From positions 12,400,001 through 12,464,000 of the forward strand of contig CATNEN010000001.1 of assembly GCA_950097015.1 (NCBI GenBank): 64,000 bases of DNA, written 5' to 3'. The DNA comes from Macrostomum hystrix (taxonomy: Eukaryota > Animalia > Platyhelminthes). Both the position numbers and the translations under genes were made by a program. The notes beneath the pieces were generated by a model, which worked only from the letters and a program-made list of their open reading frames with translations, made no database searches and had not been told where the DNA came from. Below, one piece after another: positions 13,192-26,454 of the stretch (position 1 is the stretch's first letter; every line of letters starts with the position of its first letter).

Positions 13192-14371
13192 ATTTTTAGT
13201 CATATTAAATTTGGTGACAAATCATTCAAAAGCCGCAGATTTGACGAACGCAGTCGTCTACATCGTCTACGTCTACGCGGCGGCGGCGGCGGTGGTGGCG
13301 GAGCATCCATTCTGCAATAATGCATTAAATGCATTAAATGCAATTTAAAATTAGGTGGAAATATAAATTAGGAAAATAGAATTCCAACTTAAAAGTAGGA
13401 TTAAAGGAATAATTTCGAAAATGAGAAAGACAATTGGTAGGCAGTGAAAGTTGACAGTTTCCCCGAGCGAGAATTTTTTATAAGTGAGCAATAACAATAA
13501 TGTGTTTTAAAGCGTGCTCTGTGGAAAAGTTGGCCCATTTAAATGAGCATCGGAAAGTCAGAATTAAAATGAGATTTTTTACGACCGAGCAACAACAGTT
13601 ATGAAACGACTTGCTTTCTAGGAAAGATGGTTTCTACACCGTATGTTATGAGGAACCATTTAAATTAACGTTTTGCGGTCAATTTCTATGAAGACAAGGG
13701 CACGTCAAGTTATAAATTGCTTGTTTCACAGTATAAAACGAGGCATAATGTGAAAGCGGAGAATATTGAAATTTAGCAGAATACAATATAAAGTAATGTG
13801 CAGAGCTGGACAAGTGTTACTGCTAATCACAGGCTTGGGGAGGCAGTATGAGTCTGTTGTTTGTTTTATGTTTGACTTGCACATTCGAAGAGTTTAACTC
13901 AAACAATATGAATCTACTGCTCTCAACCCAGTGCCACTGTCCTAACTTGTCAGATCGGCTCATAGCTAATGTGTCCTGCTATGATCATCACTAAATGAAT
14001 GCACCCACATTCCATTTATGTATTAAAATGTAGACCTCTAAGAGTATAAAGTTTCAGTGTATTATAAATAGTGAGCTATCCAAGCCTTTTTTACATAGGC
14101 TACAGAGTCATATGCTTATGCTTATCTTAACAAGTCTTAATATTAGAATAAAGAACCTGTATATTGGGTCTATTAGTCTATATGCATAGCTTATTGGCTG
14201 GCAACTTGTCATAATTGTATGGAAACAATGAATTATTCTAAATGAAATTGGGACCCAGGAATATAAATTCTTATTAAGATTTCCAAGCAACTACTGGGAT
14301 ATGGGATCTATCCTCAGTCCTCAGATTGCAGCACGGCAGTATAAATCTGCAGAAACCTCGCCAGTACTTAC

Positions 14372-14878
14372 TGCGATTCTACTCCGCTGCACGCACAAAC
14401 AACAAGTCAACATCGAGGAAAAGTTAGGCAGGACTTTATCCTGCCAGTTCGGGCACAACTGACCATTGTCGCCCAGCAAATCTGATTGAACTTTTACGGT
14501 GAAAGTAGGCACAATTTCTCTAAAATTGGATATACGTGGAGTCGCCTTAAAACTCAACATTCGAGTAATACTATGCAGGAAAATGCATGCAGAAGACAAT
14601 ACAAAAATAGTAAAAGCTTACTCTTCAGGATCTTCATCTTCTTCCCCTTCCAACTCTTGATTATCATGGCCGAGAATGTGCAAATGAAATGCGTTTCTTC
14701 GAAATTGGTCGTATAGCCAACGTCTATTAGAAAGGGTGTCCTCAAAACCCAGCAAACGGCACATTCTAGACCAAACAGTTTCAGTAGCTCTCGGGCCGGG
14801 TACGGGCCCATCAAGTTCTGATCGCAAAATGCTACCAGACGAAAATAAACGCCCAATAATTTCGGACGAAACAGTCAT
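14372..14878 (-). pseudogene. Two-exon fragment, possibly the N-terminus of a NOF/FB (MULE-related) transposon protein
   Basis: Exons 14878-14622 and 14570-14372 join in phase; VWSRMCRLLG...NRRWLYDQFRRN and LCPNWQDKVL...LTCCLCVQRSRI loosely recall NOF-like N-termini; no further exons found. Confidence 0.3.
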
Positions 14879-15099
14879 CTTATCTGCAATAAAATACGTG
14901 CAAATGAAGAAAAGAAGAAATCTAATGAAAACTATATGGCTATATGTCGCGTACTCATCCTTGATGGCCGCAAAAGTTTCAAAATAGTAGGACAAAATGG
15001 AGAGGAAGATCAAGAAGAACATCCACGGCAGTTCAAGACCATACGGCGGCGAATCAAATCATTCGATCCATGACGACCTGAAAGAAAAAACAAATGTAC

Positions 15100-15510
15100 A
15101 TAGACACACAAACACAGTCGAGTGTGCTACTGTGCTTTGGCATACAGACTGCTTTGAGATGTACACAAGGTCGATAAACACACAAACACAGTCGAGTGTG
15201 CTACTGAGCTTTGGCATGCAAACTGCTTTGAGATGTACACAAGGTTGATAAACACACAAACACAGTCGAGTGTGCTACTGTGCTTTAGCACACAAACTGC
15301 TTTGAGATGTACACAAGGTTGATAAACACACAAACACAGTCGAGTGTGCTACTGTGCTTTGGCATTCAAACTGCTTTGAGATGTACACAAGGTTGATAAA
15401 CACACAAACACAGTCGAGTGTGCTACTGTCCTTGGGCATTCAAACTGCTTTGAGATGTACACAAGGTTGATAAACACACAAACACAGTCGAGTGTGCTAC
15501 TGTGCTTGGT
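15100..15510. repeat. Minisatellite based on ACACACAAACACAGTCGAGTGTGCTACTG...GATGTACACAAGGTTGATAA, ~70-bp unit, about 6 copies
   Basis: Directly visible tandem copies. Confidence 0.9.
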
Positions 15511-17526
15511 CTGTGTATTTTTTATAACTTTAAATGAATAGCCTTTAATTAGAAATAACATCATTCAATTGTACAATGACCTTTTTGGCTTACTAGTAAA
15601 TCTCAAATTTTTAAATGAATAGGTAATTCAGAGTAAGAAAAGGCTCATAACTTGGAAGAAATAGCCTTTTGTTAGTAATGTTATAGGTAGGGCTCATTGA
15701 AATTTGTAAGTAACAAAGAATTTTAATGTGTATCCCTTACCAAATTCTTTCAATTTTATGTCTATAAGAAATTGTATACAACAAAATAAGCTGAATAATT
15801 ACTGTAAAGATAATTATTTTATTTAGCAACCTATTACAATTATGAAATTATAAATTTATATAAAAAACATAAACTTAACTTGTGGCCATGGGTAAGTTAC
15901 TTAAATAGAGTTAGGGACTAGGATAATTGGAAATATGAAAAAATTAAGGAGTTCACAGCACACCAATCTAGAAAATATTAGCCACTTTGAACAGCTAAGT
16001 GAACTTAGGAAAAAATAGATATGATATATATACCATCTTTGTATGTCATCTTTTGTAAATTGTCTGCACTTGACTAAGCAAAATATAGCTATATTACTAA
16101 GGCAGAATATTGTTGCACTCCAGAATTTTTTTGTATCTTAGGTACCATGCCATGATACCCATGGCATAATACTGAATGAGTACAGAGTGAATCACTTGTA
16201 ATAACTTTCTAATATCCTAAAGTCAATCTGAATATTCCTTTTAAAACATATACTAGACTAAAGAGGATTAAGTAAGAGAAATGTGCTATTAATGACAGTA
16301 TTCGAAAGTTATATATCACAATATCCTTGAAATGGTGCATAATTATTCTACACAGGTAATTGTGATACAAAGGGGTGTGTAACAAAAAATCTAAATCATA
16401 ATACTGCTAGCTAGACTTAGAAACAGCTAACAAGCAATGCTACTCGATATTACATACACAGGAAACATTTTACTATTCGATTATCGAATAATAACTAGTG
16501 GCCGATACTGTTAATGTCATAGCCCATAGCTCCCACATGACTGCGCGTGCAGTGTGACGGTGTAACTTTGAGTCAGTTAATTGCTTATTATTTTATTTTA
16601 ATAATTCATACATATTAAGTTGCGGTCAAGATTATTTATTTGCTATGCGTGGTTACTAATTATTGTTATACTGTATCAGTCTAAGAAGCCTTTTTAAAAA
16701 GCAACGTATGTATATTTTTCTTGTATCCAGCGTGTGTGCATCGAGAGCACTTTGACAATATACTCACAAACTTAATTACATAACATCCTTACATTTATTC
16801 GTCACAGCAGCCTTAACCATTAAACTGCAAGTTAAATTTTAGCACTTCTTCAATTATCCTTCAAGAAGTCCAATTAGTATATAACTACCTTATTCATTAG
16901 TTTGATAAAACGGAGCTTCAACTGTTTTGAAGACAATAACATTGAAAGACTTTCTCTTTCTTCATTGAATTATAAGTTGTTGTTATAACTCTCGACAAAA
17001 GATGGTAACACCGGGAGGAATTCTATGGTTGAAACAAAAATCACCATTTCTTTGTAAAGTAAGCTGTCGCAAATGCGCCAGTTTCTCCATTGGACACTTT
17101 GGACATCTGGTGATTAAAAATGCTCACTGTCGCAATGTACCGCACTGAAAAAGTCGAGTGTCGCAAGCAAAATAGAAGTCTACATATTTTCAAGTTTTAA
17201 AGTCCTCTGCTGACCGAACCATTCAACCTCCAAATGTGAGAATTTATCCTGGGTTACAGGACTTGGGGTACTACTAGAATTAGAAACTGTCGCAAGAATT
17301 GCCCAGTGTTTAAAATTTTTATGCCCCAAAAACAAGCCATCCGCACGCTATCCTCACGTAACCAATTTTTAACGCCCCCGACAGCCAAGCCAATTGCTTG
17401 GAATGCTTTGAAACACGCTGTTGCATGAATAAAGTGTCTAAATCTTTGCAAAATACCAGGTTTTTAAGCTGTCGCAAACAATTAATTTTTTTGTGAGGAT
17501 GGCATGCGGCTAGATTTACGGGAGTC

Positions 17527-17968
17527 TACCATTAGCATTTTTCTGCTATGAATTCTCACTTACTAATAACAGAATTTTAGGCTAGAATTTCGACTGTCTT
17601 ACTGCTTAGAATCTTTCCAGTGCCTGAGGATTCCCTTCACGTCAGCTTCAACTTCATTTTCGGTTCAACTTCAATTGCAGCTTAGTAAAACTACGCCCTT
17701 GACAAGCGACCAAAGGGCGGTGTCCTTGAACGAACGTTTGCTGTGACCTTGTCTAACTTGTCCGGCGAATGAGAACAGACCCATCATGGCAGGAGATTAA
17801 ATTTTATGTAGAATTCGTTGGGTTGTATCCTTTGACGCTGTGCCTCCAGCAACTGCCATTTGCCGGTTCTAATAAGTATTTTATGGTTAATAATGAAATA
17901 ATGATCTTAAAACACTAGGAAAAAATACTTAAGTTTTTAGAAAACTCACTAGCACACTAAACCCCCCT
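17527..17968. repeat. ~440-bp dispersed repeat, copy 2
   Basis: Matches 501-923 with a small internal insertion (~17784-17802). Confidence 0.85.
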
Positions 17969-18301
17969 ACTGATCACAGGATTACAGGAGCAGGAGAAAA
18001 TGACCTGGTCGGAAAAAATGACCCCTGGAATCTTGGGGAAAAATCGAGGTAACTTGAAGCGGAGAAAATGACCTGACTGAACTTACACGGAGGGCTAAAT
18101 AGGATTTTTTAATGTGCTGGCGTAAATTATAAATATAAACTAGTTCATATAAACTACTTTCAGAAGAAAATGAAAAAGCGTAGATATTATTTAGCTACAT
18201 TCCACTAAATTGGTCTGCACACACTCAACAGCCGGACCACTATTAGCAAGTCTTACTTGCAAATCTGCATTTTGGGGGAAATCTCAATCAATGAACGCCT
18301 T

Positions 18302-19247
18302 GAAAAGAGTACTAGAGGACTATGGACAAAATAGTACTAGGACAGAAAAAAAGAGTATAAGGTCTATGGACAAAAGAGTACTAGAAGACTATGGAAAAAG
18401 AGTACTAGAGGACTATGGAAAAAGAGTACTAGAGGACTATGGACAAAAGAGTACTAGAGGACTATGGAAAAAGAGTACTAGAGGACTATGGAAAAAGAGT
18501 ACTAGAGGACTATGGACAAAAGAGTACTAGAGGACTATGGACAAAAGAGTACTAGAGGACTATGGACAAAAGAGTACTAGAGGACTATGGAAAAAGAGTA
18601 CTAGAGGACTATGGACAAAAGAGTACTAGAGGACTATGGACAAAAGAGTACTAGAGGACTATGGACAAAAGAGTACTAGGACTATGGACAAAAGAGTACT
18701 AGAGGACTATGGACAAAAGAGTACTAGAGGACTATGGACAAAAGAGTACTAGGACTATGGACAAAAGAGTACTAGAGGACTATGGACAAAAGAGTACTAG
18801 AGGACTATGGACAAAAGAGTACTAGAGGACTATGGACAAAAGAGTACTAGAGGACTATGGACAAAAGAGTACTAGAGGACTATGGACAAAAGAGTACTAG
18901 GACTATGGACAAAAGAGTACTAGAGGACTATGGACAAAAGAGTACTAGAGGACTATGGACAAAAGAGTACTAGAGGACTATGGACAAAAGAGTACTAGAG
19001 GACTATGGACAAAATAGTACTAGGACAGAAAAAAAGAGTATAAGGTCTATGGACAAAAGAGTACTAGAAGACTATGGACAAAAGAGTACTAGAGGACTAT
19101 GGACAAAAGAGTACTAGAGGACTATGGACAAAAGAGTACTAGAGGACTATGGACAAAAGAGTACTAGAGGACTATGGACAAAAGAGTACTAGAGGACTAT
19201 GGACAAAAGAGTACTAGTGAGTACTAGGACTATGGACAAAAGAGTAC
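18302..19247. repeat. Minisatellite, ~25-bp unit AAAAGAGTACTAGAGGACTATGGAC
   Basis: More than 30 tandem copies, with 23-24-bp variants. Confidence 0.95.
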
Positions 19248-19690
19248 AACTGGGGGATCATTGTCAACTGGGGGATCATCATCAACTGGGGATCATTGTC
19301 AACTGGGGATCATTGTCAACTGGGGGATCATTGTCAACTGGGGGATAATTTTCAACTGGGGGATCATTGTCAACTGGGGGATCATTGTCAACTGGGGGAT
19401 CATTTTCAACTGGGGGATCATTGTCAACTAAGAGATCATTGTCAACTGGGGGATCATCATCAACTGGGGATCATTGTCAACTGGGGGATCATTGTCAACT
19501 GGGGGATCATTTTCAACTGGGGGATCATTGTCAACTAAGAGATCATTGTCAACTGGGGGATCATCATCAACTGGGGGATCATCATCAACTGGGGGATCAT
19601 CATCAACTGGGGGATCATCATCAACTGGGGGATCATCATCAACTGGGGGATCATCATCAACTGGGGGATCATTGTCAACTGATCATTGTA
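19248..19690. repeat. Minisatellite, 18-bp unit CAACTGGGGGATCATTGT
   Basis: About 24 tandem copies directly abutting the 25-bp array. Confidence 0.95.
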
Positions 19691-20297
19691 GCGTAAAAAG
19701 GCTAAAAATACAGCTGCTAAAAAGTGTATACTGGACGAGTTGAAAATATTTCTGCTCCCCGAAGGGGGGCAAAACTTGCTAGTTATATACTAATTTGGCA
19801 ATAGCTCAGAATTTTCTATACAAAATTGCTAGCTTAGCAGGCTAGTATTTTAAACAGCTTAGTTAAAAAAATAATTGTATAAAAAAGAACATCCAGTCAC
19901 CTGTATTACTATTAGTTAGGCGAGGCCTAGCTATCTCAGCACCAGTATGTGACAATAGCTATAAAATCTAATGCAACCCACAAATTAATATGATCTAGCA
20001 TATGTACTATTAAGAATTTCATAGTAATGAATTATAGAAAGGATGCAGCCATAGCCTATAGCTTAACGGTAGGTCTTTTTGCTTAATAAAATATATAGCC
20101 AGTACAAAAATGGACTCCAAATACCAGACTTTTTATATAGGTTTCCTTTTGGAGCATATATATAGGACACTTATATAGTTAGGAGCATAGGCTAACAATC
20201 TAAGATGCACATTAGGCTAAGCTAGCTAGTCTATTGACAATAGTAGCTATGTCACAGATTTAAAAATGAAATCGGTAGAACTTTGCAACAATTCATT

Positions 20298-22456
20298 TTA
20301 CGAGTAGACTAAAAGCCTTTGAAGATTCACCTTGTAAGAAGCCATTTCACGATTTGAAAGTGTACTGGTGCTGTCTTCCTGTTCTTGTTCTTGCATCTGC
20401 TATAGAGAGAGAATTTTTTATGTTTTGAGCTTACTTTTTGTTTAGCTAAATTTAATTGAAAAGTAATCAAATGCACTAGAAATGAAAATATTAAAAATAA
20501 CCGACTTTCAATTTCCTAGGAAAAATACAAGTTTATTAGTTTCACTCAATTAAACTAAAAAACTTCCGGAGTAATCATCAATTAAGACTTCAAGATTTAC
20601 ACGATTCTCACAAATAGTAACATCTGATTAATACAGAAACGTCGTCTCATTGCCCATTATTACAAAGATTACAGCATTGTAGTTTCTTATAAAATATCCC
20701 ATTGCCTATTGCACTACTCAAGATTATGGAATGAAATCTAAAGTTTACTATGGGACCTTATTCTCAGCAGTGCAACTTTTATGTGAAATAATTGGAGTTT
20801 GGACTTGTTTACAAAGGCTAAATACAATATACAATTGGTACTCTGCAAGGTATAAAAATAATTTACCTTTTCGCATTGATCAATCATTGCTTGCACATTG
20901 ACCGGCAAGTCACCAGATCGCACTTCCAGTTTTTCAGGATGCCATTTTGCCTTGTGCTTGCGCAGATTGTCGGGCGTACCGAAAATAACGAGCTCGCAAA
21001 ACGGGCAGACATTGCCAGCGGCAGAGTTGGTACGCGAGTTAAAACTGCTAGATGGCGCGCTGCTGACTAGCCCGCAGTTGACTGCGGCGCTGCCAGCTGC
21101 TGGGGCGTTGGCTTCTGCGCTGCTGGCTGGTGAGGCTGGTTCGCTGCTGACTAGCCCACTGTTAGCTGCTGCGCTGCCGGCTCTTGAGGTTGGCATGCCG
21201 CTGCATTGCCCGCTGCGGACTCTAAAGGAGTTAGAGTTTCAAGTTGCAGTATTTTATTGTCAGTACTTTCAAAAAAGATCATTAAAATGGAGAAACTTAT
21301 TTATGATATATGATTACAAAATACGAAATGGTTTGATATGAAGGAGGAAATTAAAAAGCGTAACACCGAGGATTTGGGCAGCCTAAGATGTCGTAAGTGT
21401 CGGAGAACGAATTGGGAAGAGGCAAAGTCATGCGAGCTGTATTTTCAAAGCACGTTAGATTTTGCTGATAGCCTTTAGTTCAAGGCAAAGTCCGATAAGC
21501 TCTGCAAGGATCAAATATGAATGAATGTGCAATGAAGCATACCTATTTTCAGCATTCTGCCTTTTGTAGCGCTTGTCGGCCAACTTGATCACTAGCCGGA
21601 GCTTCACCGCTGCCGCTTTCTTGTCGCCGCTGCACTGTTGAACAAAGCTATCATACACAGGCCGATGGCAGTCTTAAACATGCTGTGTAAATCTCGATTG
21701 CCACACCTTACAGTTCGGACGAAAGGGGCAAATGTAGCATTGTCCAGCTCTCTTCTTCCCCTCGGTGTCGCTCTCTCCGTTGCTACTGGCTGACGGAACT
21801 GGCGGGCAACTGGCTGGCGGAACTGACGTGCAACTGGCAGGCGGAACTGGCGTGCAACTGGCAGGCGGAACTGGCGTGCAACTGGCAGGCGGAAGTGGCG
21901 TGCAACTGGCTGGCGGAACTGGTGGGATTGGTCCCCTGCAAGGACTGCTGCCGCCATTAAAGCCGGACGCGCCATTGCCGATGTTGCCGGGTGCACCCGT
22001 CAAGCCGCTATAGCCGCCGTAGCCGCTAAAAGCACCGTAGCCGCTATAGCCGCCGTAGCCGCCGTAGCCACCATAGCCGCCGTAGCCGCCGTAGCCGCCA
22101 TAGGCACCGTAGCCGCCGTAGCCACCGTAGCCGCCGTAGCCACCATAGGCATCGTAGCCGCCGTAGCCGACAGCGCCGTTGCCGACAGCGCTGCGTGGGC
22201 TTGATTCAGCGGCGCTGCGTGGGCTTGATTCAGCGGCGCTGCGTGGGCTTGATTCAGCGGCGCTGCGTGGGCTTGAATCGATACCTGCACTGGTGTGCAA
22301 GTCTGCAGCCCTGCTGCTGCGGGAAGGTGCAGTATTCTCCGCTTCTATTGGCTGGTCCAAGGTTGCCAACATACTACATGTCGCTAGATTAGCAGCAGGC
22401 TGACAAAATTCAAACTCTAAGTTTACAGATTGTTCTAGATTAACGCAAAAATCCAT
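20298..22456 (-). pseudogene. Three-exon low-complexity, two-zinc-finger gene (~456 codons) with one in-frame TAA
   Basis: Exons 22456-21543, 21221-20867, 20399-20298 splice in phase. Contains (SSPRSAAE)n, (GYG)n and (PPASCTPV)n repeats, CYIC...C...QHV*DCH and CPFC...LRKHKAKWH fingers. Single stop at 21676-21674. Confidence 0.6.
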
Positions 22457-22902
22457 GGCTTAAAGAACTTAAAGAGAAATAGGTAAAAGAGCGAAATTGG
22501 AACGAGACTGACTTATACAGCACAATTATCCAACCCAACTCCACGCCCACCCCATTCGGAAATGACCAACCAATAAGATGATCTAGACATATTGTAAAAA
22601 CATCTACAAGATTGAAAAGTTATTGGCCATTCGCCTCAGGCGCCGAGGAATAATACAATGCTCCCTCAACCAATGAAAGCAGTTCGTGAGCAGTTCGCTG
22701 CGCGATCAGAGAAATGAAACAATTAAAAATTTTTATGTTCTTGACAGCTAATTATCAACACAAAAATAAAATTGTAAATTGACAATTAAAGTCGCATATT
22801 TGGCCTTGCTTAACATTTTAGTGCCTAACAAAAAAATGCTACTGACAAAACAACGATTTCTGACTAACAGGGTCAATGAATGAAAAAAGGGCCTGACTCA
22901 CA

Positions 22903-23025
22903 AGCTAACTTCTATTCGCTGTAATGCAGTTATAGCACTGTGCTGTGTTAGAGAGTGAAAAAGCTAACTTCTATTCGCTGTAATGCAGTTATAGCACTGT
23001 GCTGTGTTAGAGAGTGAAAAAGCTA
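22903..23025. repeat. 59-bp tandem duplication in the intergenic region
   Basis: AAGCTAACTTCTATTCGCTG...AGAGAGTGAAA twice. Confidence 0.85.
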
Positions 23026-23571
23026 AGAATCTCATTACAATAATCCCACGTAAGGTATATCATCCTTCTCAAAACTCAGCTACAAGCCTCCCAAAAATTG
23101 GGTCAAATAATTTTACACGAATGTGTGAAACTGAGCACCACTCACAGCGGGAGTGAAAAAGATAAGAGCTTAGGGCAATCACTTTGCGACTATCCATTTA
23201 AAAACAGATAGATGAACATAAATTTCATTGCGCAACAAATCAAATGATGAGATGTCCAATTTGATGCATATTTAACATGAGCAAGAGGTGTGAAATATGC
23301 AACATGCACGTACGAAATGACCAATAAAATGAATGAGATTCGAGTTTGATTTTCACTTTGCTTTTGGTGTGAATTGCGCGATCAAGGAGCATGAGCTTGA
23401 TCGATGGTCGACTGCCATTGGCTAAAAATATACTTGTTTCGGTTACATGTTATTAGATGTTACGTTGTGCATTTTTTAGGTCCATTAATTGAGTTATAAT
23501 TCAGTTGCAGCAATTATTTTTTATTTTTAAATTAGGTACATTCGGTATTCAAGCATTTAGTTTTATGCATA

Positions 23572-23877
23572 ATGGCCAGCTTGCCGTGCCCGCTATGTAC
23601 AAGTCTTGTTCATAGCCTCAAGGACAACGTTGAAAGACATATTAGGAATATGCATGGCCAAGATCCGCAGCCCGTCATCGAGTACGCGAAGTGGTCTAAA
23701 AAACCAGATATTCTTCTTTGTCGACTCTGTATATATTTCGAGAAGAATCTTAATAAGCATTACAAGCACAAGCATGCGAGCGAATTTGCAAAGTTTAAAG
23801 CTGCGTTTTCTGGCACCAAGGCAACAAAAGCAAGCCGACAGTCTGCTCGTATTTATCAGCACTTCGAACGTACATAA
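23572..23877 (+). CDS. C2H2 zinc-finger protein (two fingers; 3' structure uncertain)
   Basis: CPLC-x12-ERHIRNMH-type and CRLC...NKHYKHKH motifs after an ATG; may splice out near 23869 (GTACAT) or be truncated. Confidence 0.5.
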   Translation: MASLPCPLCTSLVHSLKDNVERHIRNMHGQDPQPVIEYAKWSKKPDILLCRLCIYFEKNLNKHYKHKHASEFAKFKAAFSGTKATKASRQSARIYQHFERT

Positions 23878-23936
23878 GAAAAACTAAAAGCGCGATTCGA
23901 CCGCTGCACCCTGAAGCTGGCCTATTAGCGAAGCTG

Positions 23937-24714
23937 AGCAGCGGCAGCGAGCGAGCAGCGGCAGCGGCAGCGGCAACGGCAGCGGCAGCGGCAGCGGCAG
24001 CGAGTGGCAGCGGCAACGGCAGCGTCAGCGGCAGCGGCAGCGAGCGTCAGCGGCAACGGCAGCGAGCGGCAGCGGCAACGGCAGCGGCAGCGGCAGCGAG
24101 CGGCAGCGGCAACGGCAGCGTCAGCGGCAGCGAGCGGCAGCGGCAACGGCAGCGGCAGCGGCAGCGAGCGGCAGCGGCAACGGCAGCGAGCGGCAACGGC
24201 AGCGGCAGCGAGCAGCGGCAGCGGCAGCGAGCGAGCAGCGGCAGCGGCAGCGAGCGAGCAGCGGCAGCGGCAGCGAGCGAGCAGCGGCAGCGGCAGCGAG
24301 CGAGCAGCGGCAGCGGCAGCGAGCGAGCAGCGGCAGCGGCAACGGCAGCGAGCGGCAGCGGCAGCGGCAGCGAGCGAGCAGCGGCAGCGGCAGCGGCAGC
24401 GAGCAGCGGCAGCGGCAGCGGCAGCGAGCGAGCAGCGGCAGCGAGCGGCAACGGCAGCGTCAGCGGCAGCGGCAGCGGCAGCGAGCAGCGGCATCGGCAG
24501 CGGCAGCGGCAGCGGCAGCGGCAGCGAGCGGCAGCGGGAGCGGCAGCGGGAGCGGCAGCGGCAGCGGCAACGGCAGCGGCATCGGCAGCGAGCGGGAGCG
24601 GCAGCGGCAGCGGCAGCGGCAACGGCAGCGGCAGCGGCAGCGGCATCGGCAGCGAGCGGCAGCGGCAGCGAGCGGCAGCGGCAGCGGCAGCGGCAACGGC
24701 AGCGGCAGCGGCAT
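23937..24714. repeat. (GCAGCG)n-type GC-rich simple repeat
   Basis: Hexamer array; explains the spurious Ala/Arg-Gln/Leu-Pro ORFs. Confidence 0.95.
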
Positions 24715-24921
24715 CTACCGTGTTTGCTCTGTGGACTCGTATTCCGAAGTTGGGTTTAATGACAAGCTCCATGAAGATTCAATTCAGAAAATTGTAGAAG
24801 AATGCTTGTCTCATCTGGAGGAGCTGCCAAATATGGTAGTGACAAATTGAATGAGTGACAAATATTTTAGATGTTCTAGCTATTATCTAATCTTGGAATT
24901 AGATGTGTCTGTTTGATTTTA

Positions 24922-25525
24922 ATTATCAGCTAGTTTTTAACGGATCAATGTAAACAGATAAAAGAGAATTGAACTCAGCTTTCCAACTCTTTAACAATGA
25001 GAGCCCAGCGACTTCTATGCTTGCCTTTGTTCATCACAAAAGGCTGAATTCGACAACCCCTGTCCCCTTCTCTAATTGGTTCCGCTGTTTCCTGGACGAA
25101 CACCTAACCAGCAGAAAGGCTGGGAACAAAGCCTGTTAAAATAGATGGCTCAGCAACAAAGCCGAACCCCTCTGCACAGACCGCATGTACATATAGTCAA
25201 GGTCCGCTAGCAAGGCTTTTGCTTCTAGCTGGTAGAATCCTTAAAACCGAGTGCGGCTACAAGACTAAAAACAAAGCCTGCCTAAATAGATGACTTAACC
25301 AGAAGTGCTCTCCTCAAGAACTTATTGACGAATAGTCAAGCTATATATTTACAGTTGATATTGCTCTCGGCCGCTCGCTCTTTGACAATGAGCAAGGTGA
25401 ACTCAGCTTTCCAACTCTTTAGCAGTGAGAGCCCATGCGCATTATCAGCTAGTTTTTAACGGATAAATGTAGACAGATAAGCGAGAATTGAACTCAGCTT
25501 TCCAACTCTTTAACAGTGAGAGCCC
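24922..25525. repeat. Local duplications (ATTATCAGCTAGTTTTTAACGGA...GAACTCAGCTTTCCAACTCTTT..GAGAGCCC)
   Basis: Copies at ~24922-25006, partial ~25399-25434, and ~25441-25525. Confidence 0.75.
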
Positions 25526-26454
25526 TTGGGGGGCACTATTGTTCAGACAAAAAATATATCAGAGGTGAGAGGCACGAGTCCAATCAACAAGAGGAAACCG
25601 ACGCCAAGCGTCAGGGCTGCGCGCGCGGACACGGCGCGGCGCGCCAAGATGGAGAACCGGCAATGGTTGCCGTGGCGGGAGGAAACTAAAAGTCAAGTCA
25701 ATAAAAGTCTAGAGCTGCCTCATCAGGGTGTCTCTGTCTGCAGACTCTGACTGTAGCTCGCGAACACAATGGTGCACCACACTGTACAGCAAGGCCAACG
25801 CCTCTTGTGCTGAGCGGCAAATCTTGATCTTGGCCACCTTAAGAGCGGGCCCTGGCTCTTACTCTACTTGCTTCTCACTCTAACTCTTACTCTCCCTGAC
25901 TCTCAGTCTCCATGACTCTTAGTCTCACTCTCCCTGAGTCGCTCTTCCTGACTTAGTTCGAACGCGAACTAAGAACATGCTATATAATCAGACGCTGAAC
26001 GCAAGAGTCAAGTCAAAACCTTTTCTTCCCATCCAGACTAGCTATCAGACTTATAAGACAACCCTAACTTGGCTTAACTCTTTCTGTCTAACAGAACTGT
26101 TGAATTCTAACTCTGAGAGAACTCAAATCAGCATTCGAGCAATCATTCCAAATTCACCGGCAGACCTGATCCTTAACCTTGCGCTCCGGCTCCAGTCTTC
26201 GTAGACTCGCTTAAGATAAGGCTGACAATACTCTTGTTGTTAAATTAATATATTTGCGTGATCTAACAGCCATGCGTATTTGATAACATCGCTGATTGTG
26301 AAATATAACATCAAAGTTAAAGGGTATAACATCAAGGAAAACAGTCGAACAGACCTCCTGTCTCCTTACTTAATAATAGGAGAGATAACTGAATCCTTGG
26401 TCCTAGACCTATTCCTAGTCCTATTTTAAATTATTTCATCTTACTCCCCTAATT

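Noticed and set aside
15560-16500. Decayed LINE remnants (also ~13900-14290 and ~19800-20250)
   Set aside because: AT-rich with only faint similarity; no diagnostic RT motif could be read.
18302-19690. CRISPR-like arrays
   Set aside because: Head-to-tail units with no unique spacers, no cas genes, and a eukaryotic context.
23925-24772. Ala/RQ/LP-rich ORFs
   Set aside because: Translation of a hexamer repeat.
25557-25752. Short solo LTR (TCAGAG...CTCTGA with AATAAA)
   Set aside because: No TG..CA ends or TSD visible.
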